Source of the DNA: an uncultured Collinsella sp.
Lineage (GTDB): Bacteria > Actinomycetota > Coriobacteriia > Coriobacteriales > Coriobacteriaceae
DNA: 48,127 bases
Assembly: GCA_937958315.1 (NCBI GenBank)
Contig: CALFGH010000149.1
Location: forward strand, 1-48,127
Reading direction: 5' to 3'
Part shown: positions 8,724 to 17,621 of the stretch, in pieces
How positions within the stretch are numbered: position 1 is the stretch's first letter
Layout: every line of letters begins with the position of its first letter
Translations under genes and position numbers: made by a program
Notes under the pieces: model-generated
Database searches by the model: none
What the model was told of the DNA's origin: nothing
The model's input: only the letters and a program-made list of their open reading frames with translations

Positions 8724-9521
8724 ATGGGTCTTGAAGGAATCAGGCTGATTGCATGCGATTTGGACGGCACGTTGCTGCATCCGGGGGAGCGCGAGCCGCG
8801 TTCCGAGGCCTTTGAGCTCATCGATGAGCTGCATCGTCGCGGTATCGTGTTTATGCCGGCGAGCGGCCGTCAATATGCGAGCTTGCGCTACCTGTTTGCC
8901 CCGGTGGCAGACGAGCTTGCCTATGTGTGCGAAAACGGCGCCCTCGTCATGAGCGAGGGGCGTGCCGTCGTCAAGCGCTCTATGGAGCGTGATCTGGCGA
9001 TGGATATCGCGAATGCCGTGGTCGCCTATCCCCATGCCGACGTGACACTTTCGTGCGAGGGGCACCTCTACACCATAAGCGGCAACGATGCGTTTGTTGA
9101 CCACCTGCGCTATGAGGTCCACTGCGATGTGGCGGTGGTCGACCGTCCCGAGGACATTGACGAGGATGTCATTAAGATTGCGTTTCAAACGCCCGAGACA
9201 GAGCAGCCGGCGGCGCTGGAGTATTTCGAGCGCCTCTTTAGCGACCGTGTCGACGTGATGACGTCGGGAACCGAATGGACCGATTTTATCGGCTTTGATT
9301 CGGGCAAAGGGTCCGCGCTTGCCGATTATGGTTACGCGCTGGGGATCTCACCTAACGAAATGATGGCGTTTGGCGATAACGAAAACGATTGCGACATGCT
9401 CAACGTGGTGGGCCATCCCTATCTGATGGAGAGCTGCAATCCCAGCATGCGCGGTGTCAATGACCGTGTCCGCTACGTGCGCACGGTTGAAGAAGAGCTG
9501 CGTCGTCTACTTGCTGAGTAG
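8724..9521 (+). CDS. Cof-type HAD-IIB hydrolase
   Basis: DLDGTL, ASGR, ENGA, FGDNEND motifs. Confidence 0.92.
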   Translation: MGLEGIRLIACDLDGTLLHPGEREPRSEAFELIDELHRRGIVFMPASGRQYASLRYLFAPVADELAYVCENGALVMSEGRAVVKRSMERDLAMDIANAVVAYPHADVTLSCEGHLYTISGNDAFVDHLRYEVHCDVAVVDRPEDIDEDVIKIAFQTPETEQPAALEYFERLFSDRVDVMTSGTEWTDFIGFDSGKGSALADYGYALGISPNEMMAFGDNENDCDMLNVVGHPYLMESCNPSMRGVNDRVRYVRTVEEELRRLLAE

Positions 9522-9535
9522 GCATGTCCCAAAAT

Positions 9536-9916
9536 CTACCTACAGTTGGGGCAGAGGCCCTCGAAGATGGTGTAGTGCGAGGTGACGTTCCAGCCGATTT
9601 GCTCGGACGCCTTGGCGTCGAGCTGGGCATCGAAGGGGAGCGGTACGTCGATGACGCGGCTGCACGAGGTGCAGATGATATGCGCATGCGGCTCGATCGT
9701 GCGATCGAAGCGGCTGCCGCCCGGCGTCTTGATGGAGAGGATCTCGCCGGCGTCGGCTAAGAGATTGAGATTGCGGTAGACCGTACCGCGGCTGATTTTG
9801 TCATCCTGCGCGCGCACGGCGTTGTAGATCTCATCGGCGGTGGGGTGGTTATAGCTTTGGCGCACGGCGTCAAGAACCAGCTTTCGCTGCCTGGTATTCC
9901 TTCTTTGCACCGCCAT
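9536..9916 (-). CDS. Fur/PerR family transcriptional regulator
   Basis: TRQR, HPTADE, SRGTVYRNL, HAHIICTSC, C-terminal CPNC. Confidence 0.93.
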   Translation of the reverse strand: MAVQRRNTRQRKLVLDAVRQSYNHPTADEIYNAVRAQDDKISRGTVYRNLNLLADAGEILSIKTPGGSRFDRTIEPHAHIICTSCSRVIDVPLPFDAQLDAKASEQIGWNVTSHYTIFEGLCPNCR

Positions 9917-9977
9917 GCGCCTCGCCTCTTTTCCATCAACGGTCGTAGGTAAATGATACCGTATTTAGCACACAATA

Positions 9978-10388
9978 CTAATAATGAGGACTGAAACCGT
10001 CTTCATTGGCAAGTGGGGCTCGGACCTGGGCGTCTACGAGGCGAAAACGCGTTCCCATGCGCTCGTAGGAGGCATGAAGCGCCTCGAGATGAGATAGGAT
10101 GCTTGCCGGAGCTCCCTGTATCTCCATCTCGACTGAGCCGTCTTCCATGTTACGCACCCAGCCGGTGAGTGCGCGTGCCTGCGCGAGGTTGGTGTTGGTA
10201 AAGCGAAAACCAACGCCTTGGACTTGCCCCGTCCAGCGCAGGAAATAGCGCTGGGGAGTGTCTTGAGTGGCCTCGTCGCTTGCGAGTACGGTAAGCCTGC
10301 GGCGCAGCTCGAGCTCGACGTTTGATGGTTTTTGAGGCTCTCGACTGCCGCCGGTGACGCTGGAGAAGAACGTATCGAAGAGGCCCAT
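9978..10388 (-). CDS. Acylphosphatase
   Basis: GQVQGVGFR and GWVRN..DGSVE motifs. Confidence 0.9.
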   Translation of the reverse strand: MGLFDTFFSSVTGGSREPQKPSNVELELRRRLTVLASDEATQDTPQRYFLRWTGQVQGVGFRFTNTNLAQARALTGWVRNMEDGSVEMEIQGAPASILSHLEALHASYERMGTRFRLVDAQVRAPLANEDGFSPHY

Positions 10389-10390
10389 CG

Positions 10391-11497
10391 CTATGCCTGC
10401 TTGCCTGCGTCGGCCGGGAAGGTTATGCCGGCCTGCTGACGCACGGCATCCATGATGCGCAGTGAGACGAGCGTGACATCGCGGTAGTGGCCGAGCTCGT
10501 GGCGTCCCGCCGGGGTCTCCCAGATTTCTTCCTTAACGTTATCGATGCCACCGATGGCGGTGATAAAGTCCGTGAGTTCGTATTCCATAGTGTTGCTTGA
10601 TTTGGGCAGGTCGAGCGCGCGGCCGTTGTCGCCCTGTTCGCGCGGTGCCTCGGTCGCCGAGCCGCGTACGACGTCGCCGCGGTAGTCGATGCGTACGTTG
10701 CGGGGCGTGGACAGATGGTCAATCTGGATGGTGCCACGCTCGCCTTCGATCTGCGAGGGCAGCAGGTCATTCGTAATTTTGGAGTGTGCGAGCTCGACGG
10801 AGATACGGCCACCGCCATAGCTGGCGAGAATGGAACCGCACCCGTCGATGGGGCCATGGGTGAGCTCTTGCGTTGAGGGGTCGAGCAGCGTGGTCATGCT
10901 GGTGAGACCAGAGGGCATGCCGAAAATCTCGACCATGGGCTCGACGGCGTAGACGCCAATGTCCATGAGGGAGCCCGATGCCATATTGCAGTCGAAGATA
11001 TTGGTGGAGCGTCCCGCGAGAATCTCGTTGTAGCGCGAGGAATACTTGCCAAAGCGCAATGAGGCACGACGAATGGGCGCAATCTCGCCCAGGGCGTCCT
11101 CGATGGCGTGGAAAGCGGGGTCATGGAGCGGGCGCATGGCCTCGAGAGCCACGACACCTGCTGCCTCGGCAGCGCGGAAGACTTCCAGCGCCTGCGCCTC
11201 GGTGGCGCAGAAGGGCTTCTCGACGATGACGTGCTTGCCACCGGCGATGCAGGCAAGGGCCTGCTCGTAGTGAAGTGCGTTGGGGCTGCCGATATAGACG
11301 GCGTCGACGTCGGCAGCGGACGCAAGCTCGTCAAGTGCGGTGAAGTTACGCTCGCCGCCGTGCTTAGCGGTGAAGGCGGTGCCGCGATCTGCGTCGCGCG
11401 AGAGCGTGCCCACAAACGCGGCTTGGTCGTTGGCGTTGACGACCTGGATAAAGTCGTCGGTAATCATGGATGTGCCGATGGTCGCTATACGCAGCAT
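10391..11497 (-). CDS. Gfo/Idh/MocA family oxidoreductase
   Basis: IGTSMI, VYIGSPNALH, KHVIVEKP, GSLMDIGVY; start after GGGGG RBS at 11497. Confidence 0.92.
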   Translation of the reverse strand: MLRIATIGTSMITDDFIQVVNANDQAAFVGTLSRDADRGTAFTAKHGGERNFTALDELASAADVDAVYIGSPNALHYEQALACIAGGKHVIVEKPFCATEAQALEVFRAAEAAGVVALEAMRPLHDPAFHAIEDALGEIAPIRRASLRFGKYSSRYNEILAGRSTNIFDCNMASGSLMDIGVYAVEPMVEIFGMPSGLTSMTTLLDPSTQELTHGPIDGCGSILASYGGGRISVELAHSKITNDLLPSQIEGERGTIQIDHLSTPRNVRIDYRGDVVRGSATEAPREQGDNGRALDLPKSSNTMEYELTDFITAIGGIDNVKEEIWETPAGRHELGHYRDVTLVSLRIMDAVRQQAGITFPADAGKQA

Positions 11498-11570
11498 GTA
11501 TCCCCCTCGTGCCGTTCGGTTTACAGGATGAGTGTAGCGCGGGAGGACACAAAAGCGTGCGAAAACGCCG

Positions 11571-12056
11571 TTACAGGTCGCTCTCGTTAAAGCCGGTGTC
11601 GATATCGAGGTTGCTGCCGTCGGCCGCCGTGGTGGCAAGCTCGTCGCAGCGCTCGTTGAGCTCATGGCCGGCGTGACCCTTAACCCAGATGAACTCCACC
11701 TTATGCTTGCTCTTTGCGGCAAGCAGACGCTCCCACAGGTCGCGGTTCTTGACAGGCTGCTTGTTGGCGGTCTTCCAGCCGCGTTTTTTCCATCCGTCAA
11801 TCCAGTGCTTGTTGAAGGCGTTGACGACGTACTGCGAATCGGAATGGACTTCGACGTCGCAGGGGCGGTTGAGCGCCTCGAGTGCCACGATGACCGCCAT
11901 GAGCTCCATGCGGTTGTTGGTGGTCTTGGCGTAGCCGCGCGAAAGCTCAGAGGTGAAGGTCTTGCCGGCGGGGTTGGTGTATTTGAGCACGGCGCCGTAG
12001 CCGCCACGTCCCGGATTTGATCGGGCCGAGCCGTCGGTATAGATGATGACCTTCAC
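11571..12056 (-). CDS. rnhA: Ribonuclease HI
   Basis: [31 protein letters not shown] start after GAAAGGA. Confidence 0.97.
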   Translation of the reverse strand: MKVIIYTDGSARSNPGRGGYGAVLKYTNPAGKTFTSELSRGYAKTTNNRMELMAVIVALEALNRPCDVEVHSDSQYVVNAFNKHWIDGWKKRGWKTANKQPVKNRDLWERLLAAKSKHKVEFIWVKGHAGHELNERCDELATTAADGSNLDIDTGFNESDL

Positions 12057-12119
12057 ATGGTTCCTTTCGTTGGGTACGTTTCGCGTGAGTGACCATTGTA
12101 GCGCCATGCCCGCCGGGGG

Positions 12120-13067
12120 CTAGCAATCTACGATTTCTACCCCGTCTTCCGACAGTTGGTTGGCATGGATGATGCGGTTGAGCTCGTCGAGGTATTGCTG
12201 CAAGAGGGGAGAGGGTTTGCGGTCGTCATGCATGATGTAGCCCACATGCATCGTCGGGGCGTCTGCCAGGGGGATCGAGGCCATGCCCCACTGCATTTCG
12301 CTGGAGAGTACGCCGGTCGACAGCGCATAGCCGTTCGAGGTGATAAGCAGGTTGGTGAGCGTCCCGCGGTCGGATACGCGGATATTGCGGTTGCAGGGAA
12401 TATAGCTAAACGGTTCCTCGGCGTAATAGAAGGAGTTCGAGGTGCCTTGCTCAAAGCTGTAGCGCGTATAGGGCGTGAGGTCGGCAAGGGACAGCTGCGA
12501 GCGGCGTGCGAGCGGGTGGCGTTTGCTGACGAACACGTGGACCTTCGCATCAAAGAGGGGATGAAAGCTCGCTCGGGCATCGGCGAAGGCCTTCTGCAGA
12601 ACGCGGGCGTTAAAGTCATCCAGATACAGAATGCCGATATCGCTGCGAAACGCACGGACGTCGTCGATGATCTGCGCCGTGGTGGTCTCGCGCATGATGA
12701 ACTCGAACTTGCTGTCGCGGCAGCGCTCGACGACGTTGACAAAGGTCTCGACCGAAAACGCGTAGTGCTGGGCCGAGACGGCAAGGCGCGCCTGGGGTGT
12801 GCCGCCGTCCTCGTAGCGTGCCTCGAGCATGTCGGCCTGCTCTACGACCTGGCGCGCATAGCCCAAAAGCTCGGTGCCGTCGTTGGTGAGCGTGACGCCG
12901 CGGCTGGAGCGCGTAAAGATCTCCAGATGGAGCTCCTGTTCCAGGCTTTTGACGGCGTTTGAGATGTTGGACTGAGCGGTATAGAGGCGCTGGGCTGCAG
13001 CGTTGATTGAGCCGGACTCTGCCACGGCAATCAGAAAACGAAGCTGCTGAAGGGTCATCGACGCCAT
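12120..13067 (-). CDS. LysR family regulator, divergent from metY
   Basis: TLQQLR..IAVAE.GS...AA..LY..Q..IS helix-turn-helix plus substrate-binding domain. Confidence 0.93.
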   Translation of the reverse strand: MASMTLQQLRFLIAVAESGSINAAAQRLYTAQSNISNAVKSLEQELHLEIFTRSSRGVTLTNDGTELLGYARQVVEQADMLEARYEDGGTPQARLAVSAQHYAFSVETFVNVVERCRDSKFEFIMRETTTAQIIDDVRAFRSDIGILYLDDFNARVLQKAFADARASFHPLFDAKVHVFVSKRHPLARRSQLSLADLTPYTRYSFEQGTSNSFYYAEEPFSYIPCNRNIRVSDRGTLTNLLITSNGYALSTGVLSSEMQWGMASIPLADAPTMHVGYIMHDDRKPSPLLQQYLDELNRIIHANQLSEDGVEIVDC

Positions 13068-13079
13068 CCTCTCGATTGC

Positions 13080-13097
13080 TATCTATAAAACAGATAA
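13080..13097. promoter_or_regulatory. Candidate LysR operator dyad
   Basis: TATCT-N8-AGATA in the lysR/metY divergent region. Confidence 0.45.
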
Positions 13098-13215
13098 CAG
13101 ATTAGCGCTTTTAAGTGATTGACCGAGGAAAACAATGCTCGTACTATTCAAAACACACAAAGGCTGTAGGTAATTAAGCCGACCACGGAACCGGGATGCG
13201 AAAGGAGGCCCGCAT

Positions 13216-13269
13216 ATGAATTGCTTACCAAGACGAATGCCGGGCTCCTGTTTGCGCCCGTCGGCGTGA
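13216..13269 (+). CDS. Putative leader peptide MNCLPRRMPGSCLRPSA upstream of metY
   Basis: Strong SD AAAGGAGG 7 nt before ATG; 17 codons including 2 Cys and 2 Met; overlaps a hairpin. Confidence 0.6.
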   Translation: MNCLPRRMPGSCLRPSA

Positions 13270-13330
13270 TCAGGAGACAGCGACTTACTTCTCTTACTCT
13301 TATTACTTTTGTTCGATCAAGGAGATCATC

Positions 13331-14641
13331 ATGAGCCAGTTTATCAACAACCCCGAGCACACCTTTGGTTTCGATACCCTGCAGCTGCACGTTGGCCAGG
13401 AGAGCGCCGATCCTGCATCCGACTCCCGTGCTGTGCCTATCTATCAAACCACGAGCTATGTGTTCCGCAACTCCCAGCACGCCGCCGACCGCTTTGGTCT
13501 TGCCGACGCCGGTAACATCTACGGCCGTCTGACCAACTCCACCCAGGGCGTCTTCGAGGACCGTATCGCCGCGCTCGAGGGTGGCGTGGCCGGTCTTGCC
13601 GTCGCCTCCGGTGCCGCTGCCATCACCTATACCCTGCAGGCACTTGCCCAGGCTGGTGACCACGTGGTCGCCCAGAAGACCATCTACGGCGGTTCCTACA
13701 ACCTGCTGGAGCACACGCTTTCCCAGTTTGGTGTCGAGACCACCTTCGTCGATGCCCATAACCTGGACGAGGTCGAGGGCGCCATCAAGGACAACACCAC
13801 GGTCATCTATCTCGAGACGCTCGGTAACCCCAACTCCGACATCCCCAACATCGACGCCATCTCCGAGATCGCCAAGAAGCATGGTCTGCCGGTTGTCGTC
13901 GACAACACCTTCGGCACCCCGTATCTGTTCCGTCCGCTGGAGCATGGTGCCAACATCGTCGTCCACTCCGCAACCAAGTTTATCGGCGGCCACGGCACCT
14001 CGCTGGGCGGTGTGATCGTCGACGGCGGTAACTTCGATTGGAAGGCGAGTGGCAAGTACGCCCAGATCGCTGAGCCCAACCCCTCCTACCACGGTGTTTC
14101 GTTTGCCGAGGCTGCCGGTCCCGCCGCCTTTGCAACCTATGTCCGCGCTATCCTGCTGCGTGACGAGGGCGCCTGCATCAGCCCGTTCAACGCCTGGGTC
14201 CTGCTCCAGGGCACCGAGACTCTGTCGCTGCGCGTTGACCGTCATGTCGAGAACACCAAGAAGGTCGTTGAGTTCCTGACCGGTGACAGCCACGTTGCCA
14301 AGGTGAACCACCCGAGCCTGCCCGAGCATCCCGACCATGAGCTGTACCAGAAGTACTTCCCCAACGGCGGTGCCTCGATCTTTACCTTTGAGATTAAGGG
14401 TGGCCAGGAGGCAGCTTGGAAGTTCATCGATCATCTGCAGGTGTTCTCGCTGCTCGCCAACGTGGCCGACGTCAAGTCGCTCGTCGTGCACCCGGCTACC
14501 ACCACGCACTCCCAGCTCTCTGCCGAGGAGCTCGCCGAGCAGAACATCACGCCCTCCACGATCCGTCTTTCCATCGGTACCGAGAACGCCGAGGACATCA
14601 TTTGGGATCTGAAGCAGGCCTTTGCCGCACTGGACGAGTAA
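13331..14641 (+). CDS. metY: O-acetylhomoserine/O-acetylserine sulfhydrylase
   Basis: VPIYQTTSY, YGRLTN, DNTF, HSATKFIGGHG (PLP lysine), LANVADVKSL. Confidence 0.95.
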   Translation: MSQFINNPEHTFGFDTLQLHVGQESADPASDSRAVPIYQTTSYVFRNSQHAADRFGLADAGNIYGRLTNSTQGVFEDRIAALEGGVAGLAVASGAAAITYTLQALAQAGDHVVAQKTIYGGSYNLLEHTLSQFGVETTFVDAHNLDEVEGAIKDNTTVIYLETLGNPNSDIPNIDAISEIAKKHGLPVVVDNTFGTPYLFRPLEHGANIVVHSATKFIGGHGTSLGGVIVDGGNFDWKASGKYAQIAEPNPSYHGVSFAEAAGPAAFATYVRAILLRDEGACISPFNAWVLLQGTETLSLRVDRHVENTKKVVEFLTGDSHVAKVNHPSLPEHPDHELYQKYFPNGGASIFTFEIKGGQEAAWKFIDHLQVFSLLANVADVKSLVVHPATTTHSQLSAEELAEQNITPSTIRLSIGTENAEDIIWDLKQAFAALDE

Positions 14642-14701
14642 GGCGACTTGTGCAAGGACCCCTTGCGACTCGATAGGTATAACTGCATAAAATGCCTGCT
14701 C

Positions 14702-14742
14702 AAGGCGCCTGTGCGAACAATGGTCGCACAGGCGCCTTTTTT
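14702..14742 (+). terminator. Terminator after metY
   Basis: AAGGCGCCTGTGCGA/TCGCACAGGCGCCTT followed by T tract. Confidence 0.8.
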
Positions 14743-14953
14743 GCATAGAGAGGGTGCAAAAACAGGGTTTTTGGCACGCTTTATGCAATCGAGATGTGGA
14801 AAACTCCTGTTGAGAGGATGTGAGTTTTACGCAAATGACGTGCGCCTTTTGAGAAAAACCGCAGGTCGCGATTTGCTCGGGGTACTATGCAGCGCGATCG
14901 AATCACACGCAGCTCAAACGCAGCAAAAACGCACTACGGAGGTTTCCAGCTAC

Positions 14954-15730
14954 ATGAGGATTGATTCACGAAAACCGAAAGCCGCCGCCCTTTCCGCCGC
15001 TCTGACCGTGGCACTTTTGACGGGCGCCGGCGCAACTGATGCCCGCGCGGCAACACTATCCGATACGGTCGGATCCACGCCGTCCGAGGCGACGCTGATG
15101 CAGCCCGTCGACTATCGCGGCGACGGCTTTGGCTCCATGCAGGAGTGGAACGCCTCTATGGGGGCCAAGCGCGATTCCCTGGAGGTCCGCGCCCAGATCA
15201 TCATGAACATGTACGGTGACTATGCCACCGATGACGAGCGCGCTGTACTGCAAGGTTGTATCGATGGTGCGGGCAGTCTTTTGACGATGGAAGAGGTCGA
15301 CGCGAAGTCGGCCGAGCTCGACGAGCTTCGCTCCGCGCTCGAGGATGCTAAGCGCGAGGCGCTCGAGGCTGCGGCTGCCGAAGCCGAGGCCGCTGAGGCC
15401 GTTCAGGCTTCGTATTACAACGCCGGCTCCGGCTCGTCTTACGCGTCTGCTGCGTATTACGCGAACGGCTCGGGCCTGACGCGCTCGAGCGGCGTCAATA
15501 ACTATAACGGTCGTCGTGAGACCTATTACAGCAGCAACGTGCTCTACCATCACCGCACGGGCGAGTGGACTCAGGATTCCGAGGGCTTTTGGCGCGATTC
15601 CGATGGTTACTACGTCGTGGCCGCGGGCGATAAGGCTCAGGGCTCCACGTTTACCGGTTCCAAGGGCGAGTGCAAGGTCTATGACTCCGGCTGCGCAGCC
15701 GGAACCACCGACTACTATACCGGTTGGTAA
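14954..15730 (+). CDS. Secreted coiled-coil protein with C-terminal 3D-like domain
   Basis: Signal peptide (KPK-AAALSAALTVALL...ARA), Ala/Glu-rich coil, C-terminal VVAA..GS....VYDSG..G.TD.Y.W. Confidence 0.7.
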   Translation: MRIDSRKPKAAALSAALTVALLTGAGATDARAATLSDTVGSTPSEATLMQPVDYRGDGFGSMQEWNASMGAKRDSLEVRAQIIMNMYGDYATDDERAVLQGCIDGAGSLLTMEEVDAKSAELDELRSALEDAKREALEAAAAEAEAAEAVQASYYNAGSGSSYASAAYYANGSGLTRSSGVNNYNGRRETYYSSNVLYHHRTGEWTQDSEGFWRDSDGYYVVAAGDKAQGSTFTGSKGECKVYDSGCAAGTTDYYTGW

Positions 15731-15917
15731 TCTGCCATAAGCCAATAGGACATGACGGGCGGGCGTCTTTACCGAGCCTTTGGGCAACGTAAGGGCGCCC
15801 GTTTTTTGTGCGTGCTTGAGTTAACAGAGCGCTTACCGTGGCAGTACGCCGTGCATATGGGCGCAAGGCACACTAGTTCATGAGAATTAAGGTCTTTCTC
15901 TTGGAGGAAGTGGTCTT

Positions 15918-16124
15918 GTGAACGCTCGAGATATCGCCGTTGCCGCCGTCGCATTGGTGCTTGGCTGCCTTGGTCCTACGGCCGCGCTCGTTGCGGGCAT
16001 GCAGGGGTCATGCGGGGCTGCTCCAATCGTGGTTGGCGTGCTGATCGCGGCGGCGCTGCTGGGAAGCGCCGGCGTGGTGCTTTGCCGCGATGACGAGGGC
16101 GAGGTTCCGGAATCGCAACGCTAA
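15918..16124 (+). CDS. Small two-TM membrane protein
   Basis: GGAGG RBS, GTG start, two hydrophobic segments, terminator at 16162-16200. Confidence 0.55.
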   Translation: MNARDIAVAAVALVLGCLGPTAALVAGMQGSCGAAPIVVGVLIAAALLGSAGVVLCRDDEGEVPESQR

Positions 16125-16161
16125 CTGTTGTGAGGTTGGCCGCCGGTCATAGACGAAGATG

Positions 16162-16200
16162 AAAGCCGCCGCAGGGGAAAGGTTCCCTTGCGGCGGCTTT
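16162..16200. terminator. Bidirectional terminator
   Basis: AAAGCCGCCGCAGGG/CCCTTGCGGCGGCTTT between convergent genes. Confidence 0.75.
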
Positions 16201-16233
16201 GCTGCTAAGGCTGTTGAATGCGGAGCGTTGGTG

Positions 16234-17148
16234 CTACCAGCTTTTCTCGATATCGCGGATGCGCCGATAGAGCCACTCGTTTTGCGGCACTTGGATATCG
16301 TGTTTGGCTGCGAGGCGGCAAATGGTGCCCGCGAACTCCTCGACTTCGGTTTTGCGCTTTGCGATGCGGTCTTGCGCCATCGAGGGCATACCGGCGGGGT
16401 CGATTCCCTCGATGAGGCGCACCATCTGCGTCAGGTCTGCCTCGGTCAGCTCAACGCCCTCGGCGTTGGCGACCGCAAGCGTTTCGCGCATGGCGGAAAC
16501 AAAGCAGCGACGCTGCTCGGAGCCCGGCTCCGTGGCGCTTCCGTAGGTCCCGCCGTAGGCCATGCACGTCTGGTTGATGCCATCGTTGAGCATGAGTTTG
16601 GCCCACATGCGGTGCGCAATGTCGCTCTCAACGGTATGGGCGATGCCGCAGCGTGTGTAGAGCCCGTCGATGGCGGTGACGGTTGCGGGCTCGGTGCCTG
16701 CTGCCGCGCCAAAGCGAATCTCGCCCGCATTGGAAAAGGTGAGCGCGCCGTCGAGGAACACGGCATCCATGCCCTGGCAAATACCAAGAACGGTATGCTT
16801 CCAGCCAAAGCGCTCGGCAATCTTTTGCTCGCTCGTAATGCCGTTGCACAGCGAGGCGATGAGCGTGTTGGGCCCCACGACGCGTTCCATAGTCTTGAGT
16901 GCTTGGTTGAGTCCCGTCGTCTTGACCGTGAGAATGACCAGATCGGCGGGCGTTGCTTCACTGACGCGCACGGACTTGAGTGCGCAGGGCTCGCCGTTGA
17001 CCGTAAGGGCGTCGCCTGCGTGACGCTCGAAACGGGCGTCGTCCATAATGTATTCGACGGCATCGTTGCCGAGCGTCTTGGCAATCATGCTGCCATAGAG
17101 TAGACCGACGCCACCCTTGCCGATAAAGGCAACCTTGTTGATCTGCAC
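16234..17148 (-). CDS. panE: Ketopantoate reductase family protein
   Basis: GKGGVG nucleotide-binding motif, TVK, NG, W.K...N, PSMAQD...R.TEVE. Confidence 0.88.
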   Translation of the reverse strand: MQINKVAFIGKGGVGLLYGSMIAKTLGNDAVEYIMDDARFERHAGDALTVNGEPCALKSVRVSEATPADLVILTVKTTGLNQALKTMERVVGPNTLIASLCNGITSEQKIAERFGWKHTVLGICQGMDAVFLDGALTFSNAGEIRFGAAAGTEPATVTAIDGLYTRCGIAHTVESDIAHRMWAKLMLNDGINQTCMAYGGTYGSATEPGSEQRRCFVSAMRETLAVANAEGVELTEADLTQMVRLIEGIDPAGMPSMAQDRIAKRKTEVEEFAGTICRLAAKHDIQVPQNEWLYRRIRDIEKSW

Positions 17149-17264
17149 GTGAATCATCTCCTCACAAAAAGGCGCCCGCGTGCGGGGCGCCTGGTGGATT
17201 GTATGCCGCTGGAGCATGTAGCGTGCACCGGAGACGGAATTTAGAAGAACAAACGCATGGGAAC

Positions 17265-17459
17265 TTATGCCGCGGGGTAGATGGCAAAAACGCGTGCGGG
17301 ATATCCAACGCCATCGCGCACCTTGGGGAAGGTGCAGAAGATGACAGCGCCTGTGGCGGGAAGCTCGTCCAGATGGTCCATGACCTCGATCTGGTAACGG
17401 CCGACCGAGAGGATGTATTGTTCGCCGGGGTAGGGGCAGGCATCCTCACGCGTGGTCAC
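17265..17459 (-). pseudogene. C-terminal fragment of a cyclase (kynurenine formamidase) family gene
   Basis: YQIEVM.HLDELPATGA.IF..FPK..DG.GYPARVFAI matches the family C-terminus; no N-terminal HxGTHxD part. Confidence 0.7.
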
Positions 17460-17621
17460 GCTCGCCTTCTTTCATCGGGCTTTTTGCTGATGTTAAAGCG
17501 GTGCCGTGACAGCTCGATTTCTGCTGCGTTACGATACGTTCTCGATTGCGATTCCACGATGTTTCGGCTGCGTGACCATTGTGTTTCGCCTTGCCGAGCG
17601 CTGATGGCGAAGGGAGGGTCC

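Noticed and set aside
10391..12007. 538-aa extended oxidoreductase ORF suggesting a fusion with rnhA
   Set aside because: The extension is an alternative frame over rnhA; a good RBS and start exist at 11497
13140..13330. T-box or SAM riboswitch upstream of metY
   Set aside because: No TGGNACCGCG T-box or SAM-I core motifs; a leader peptide fits better
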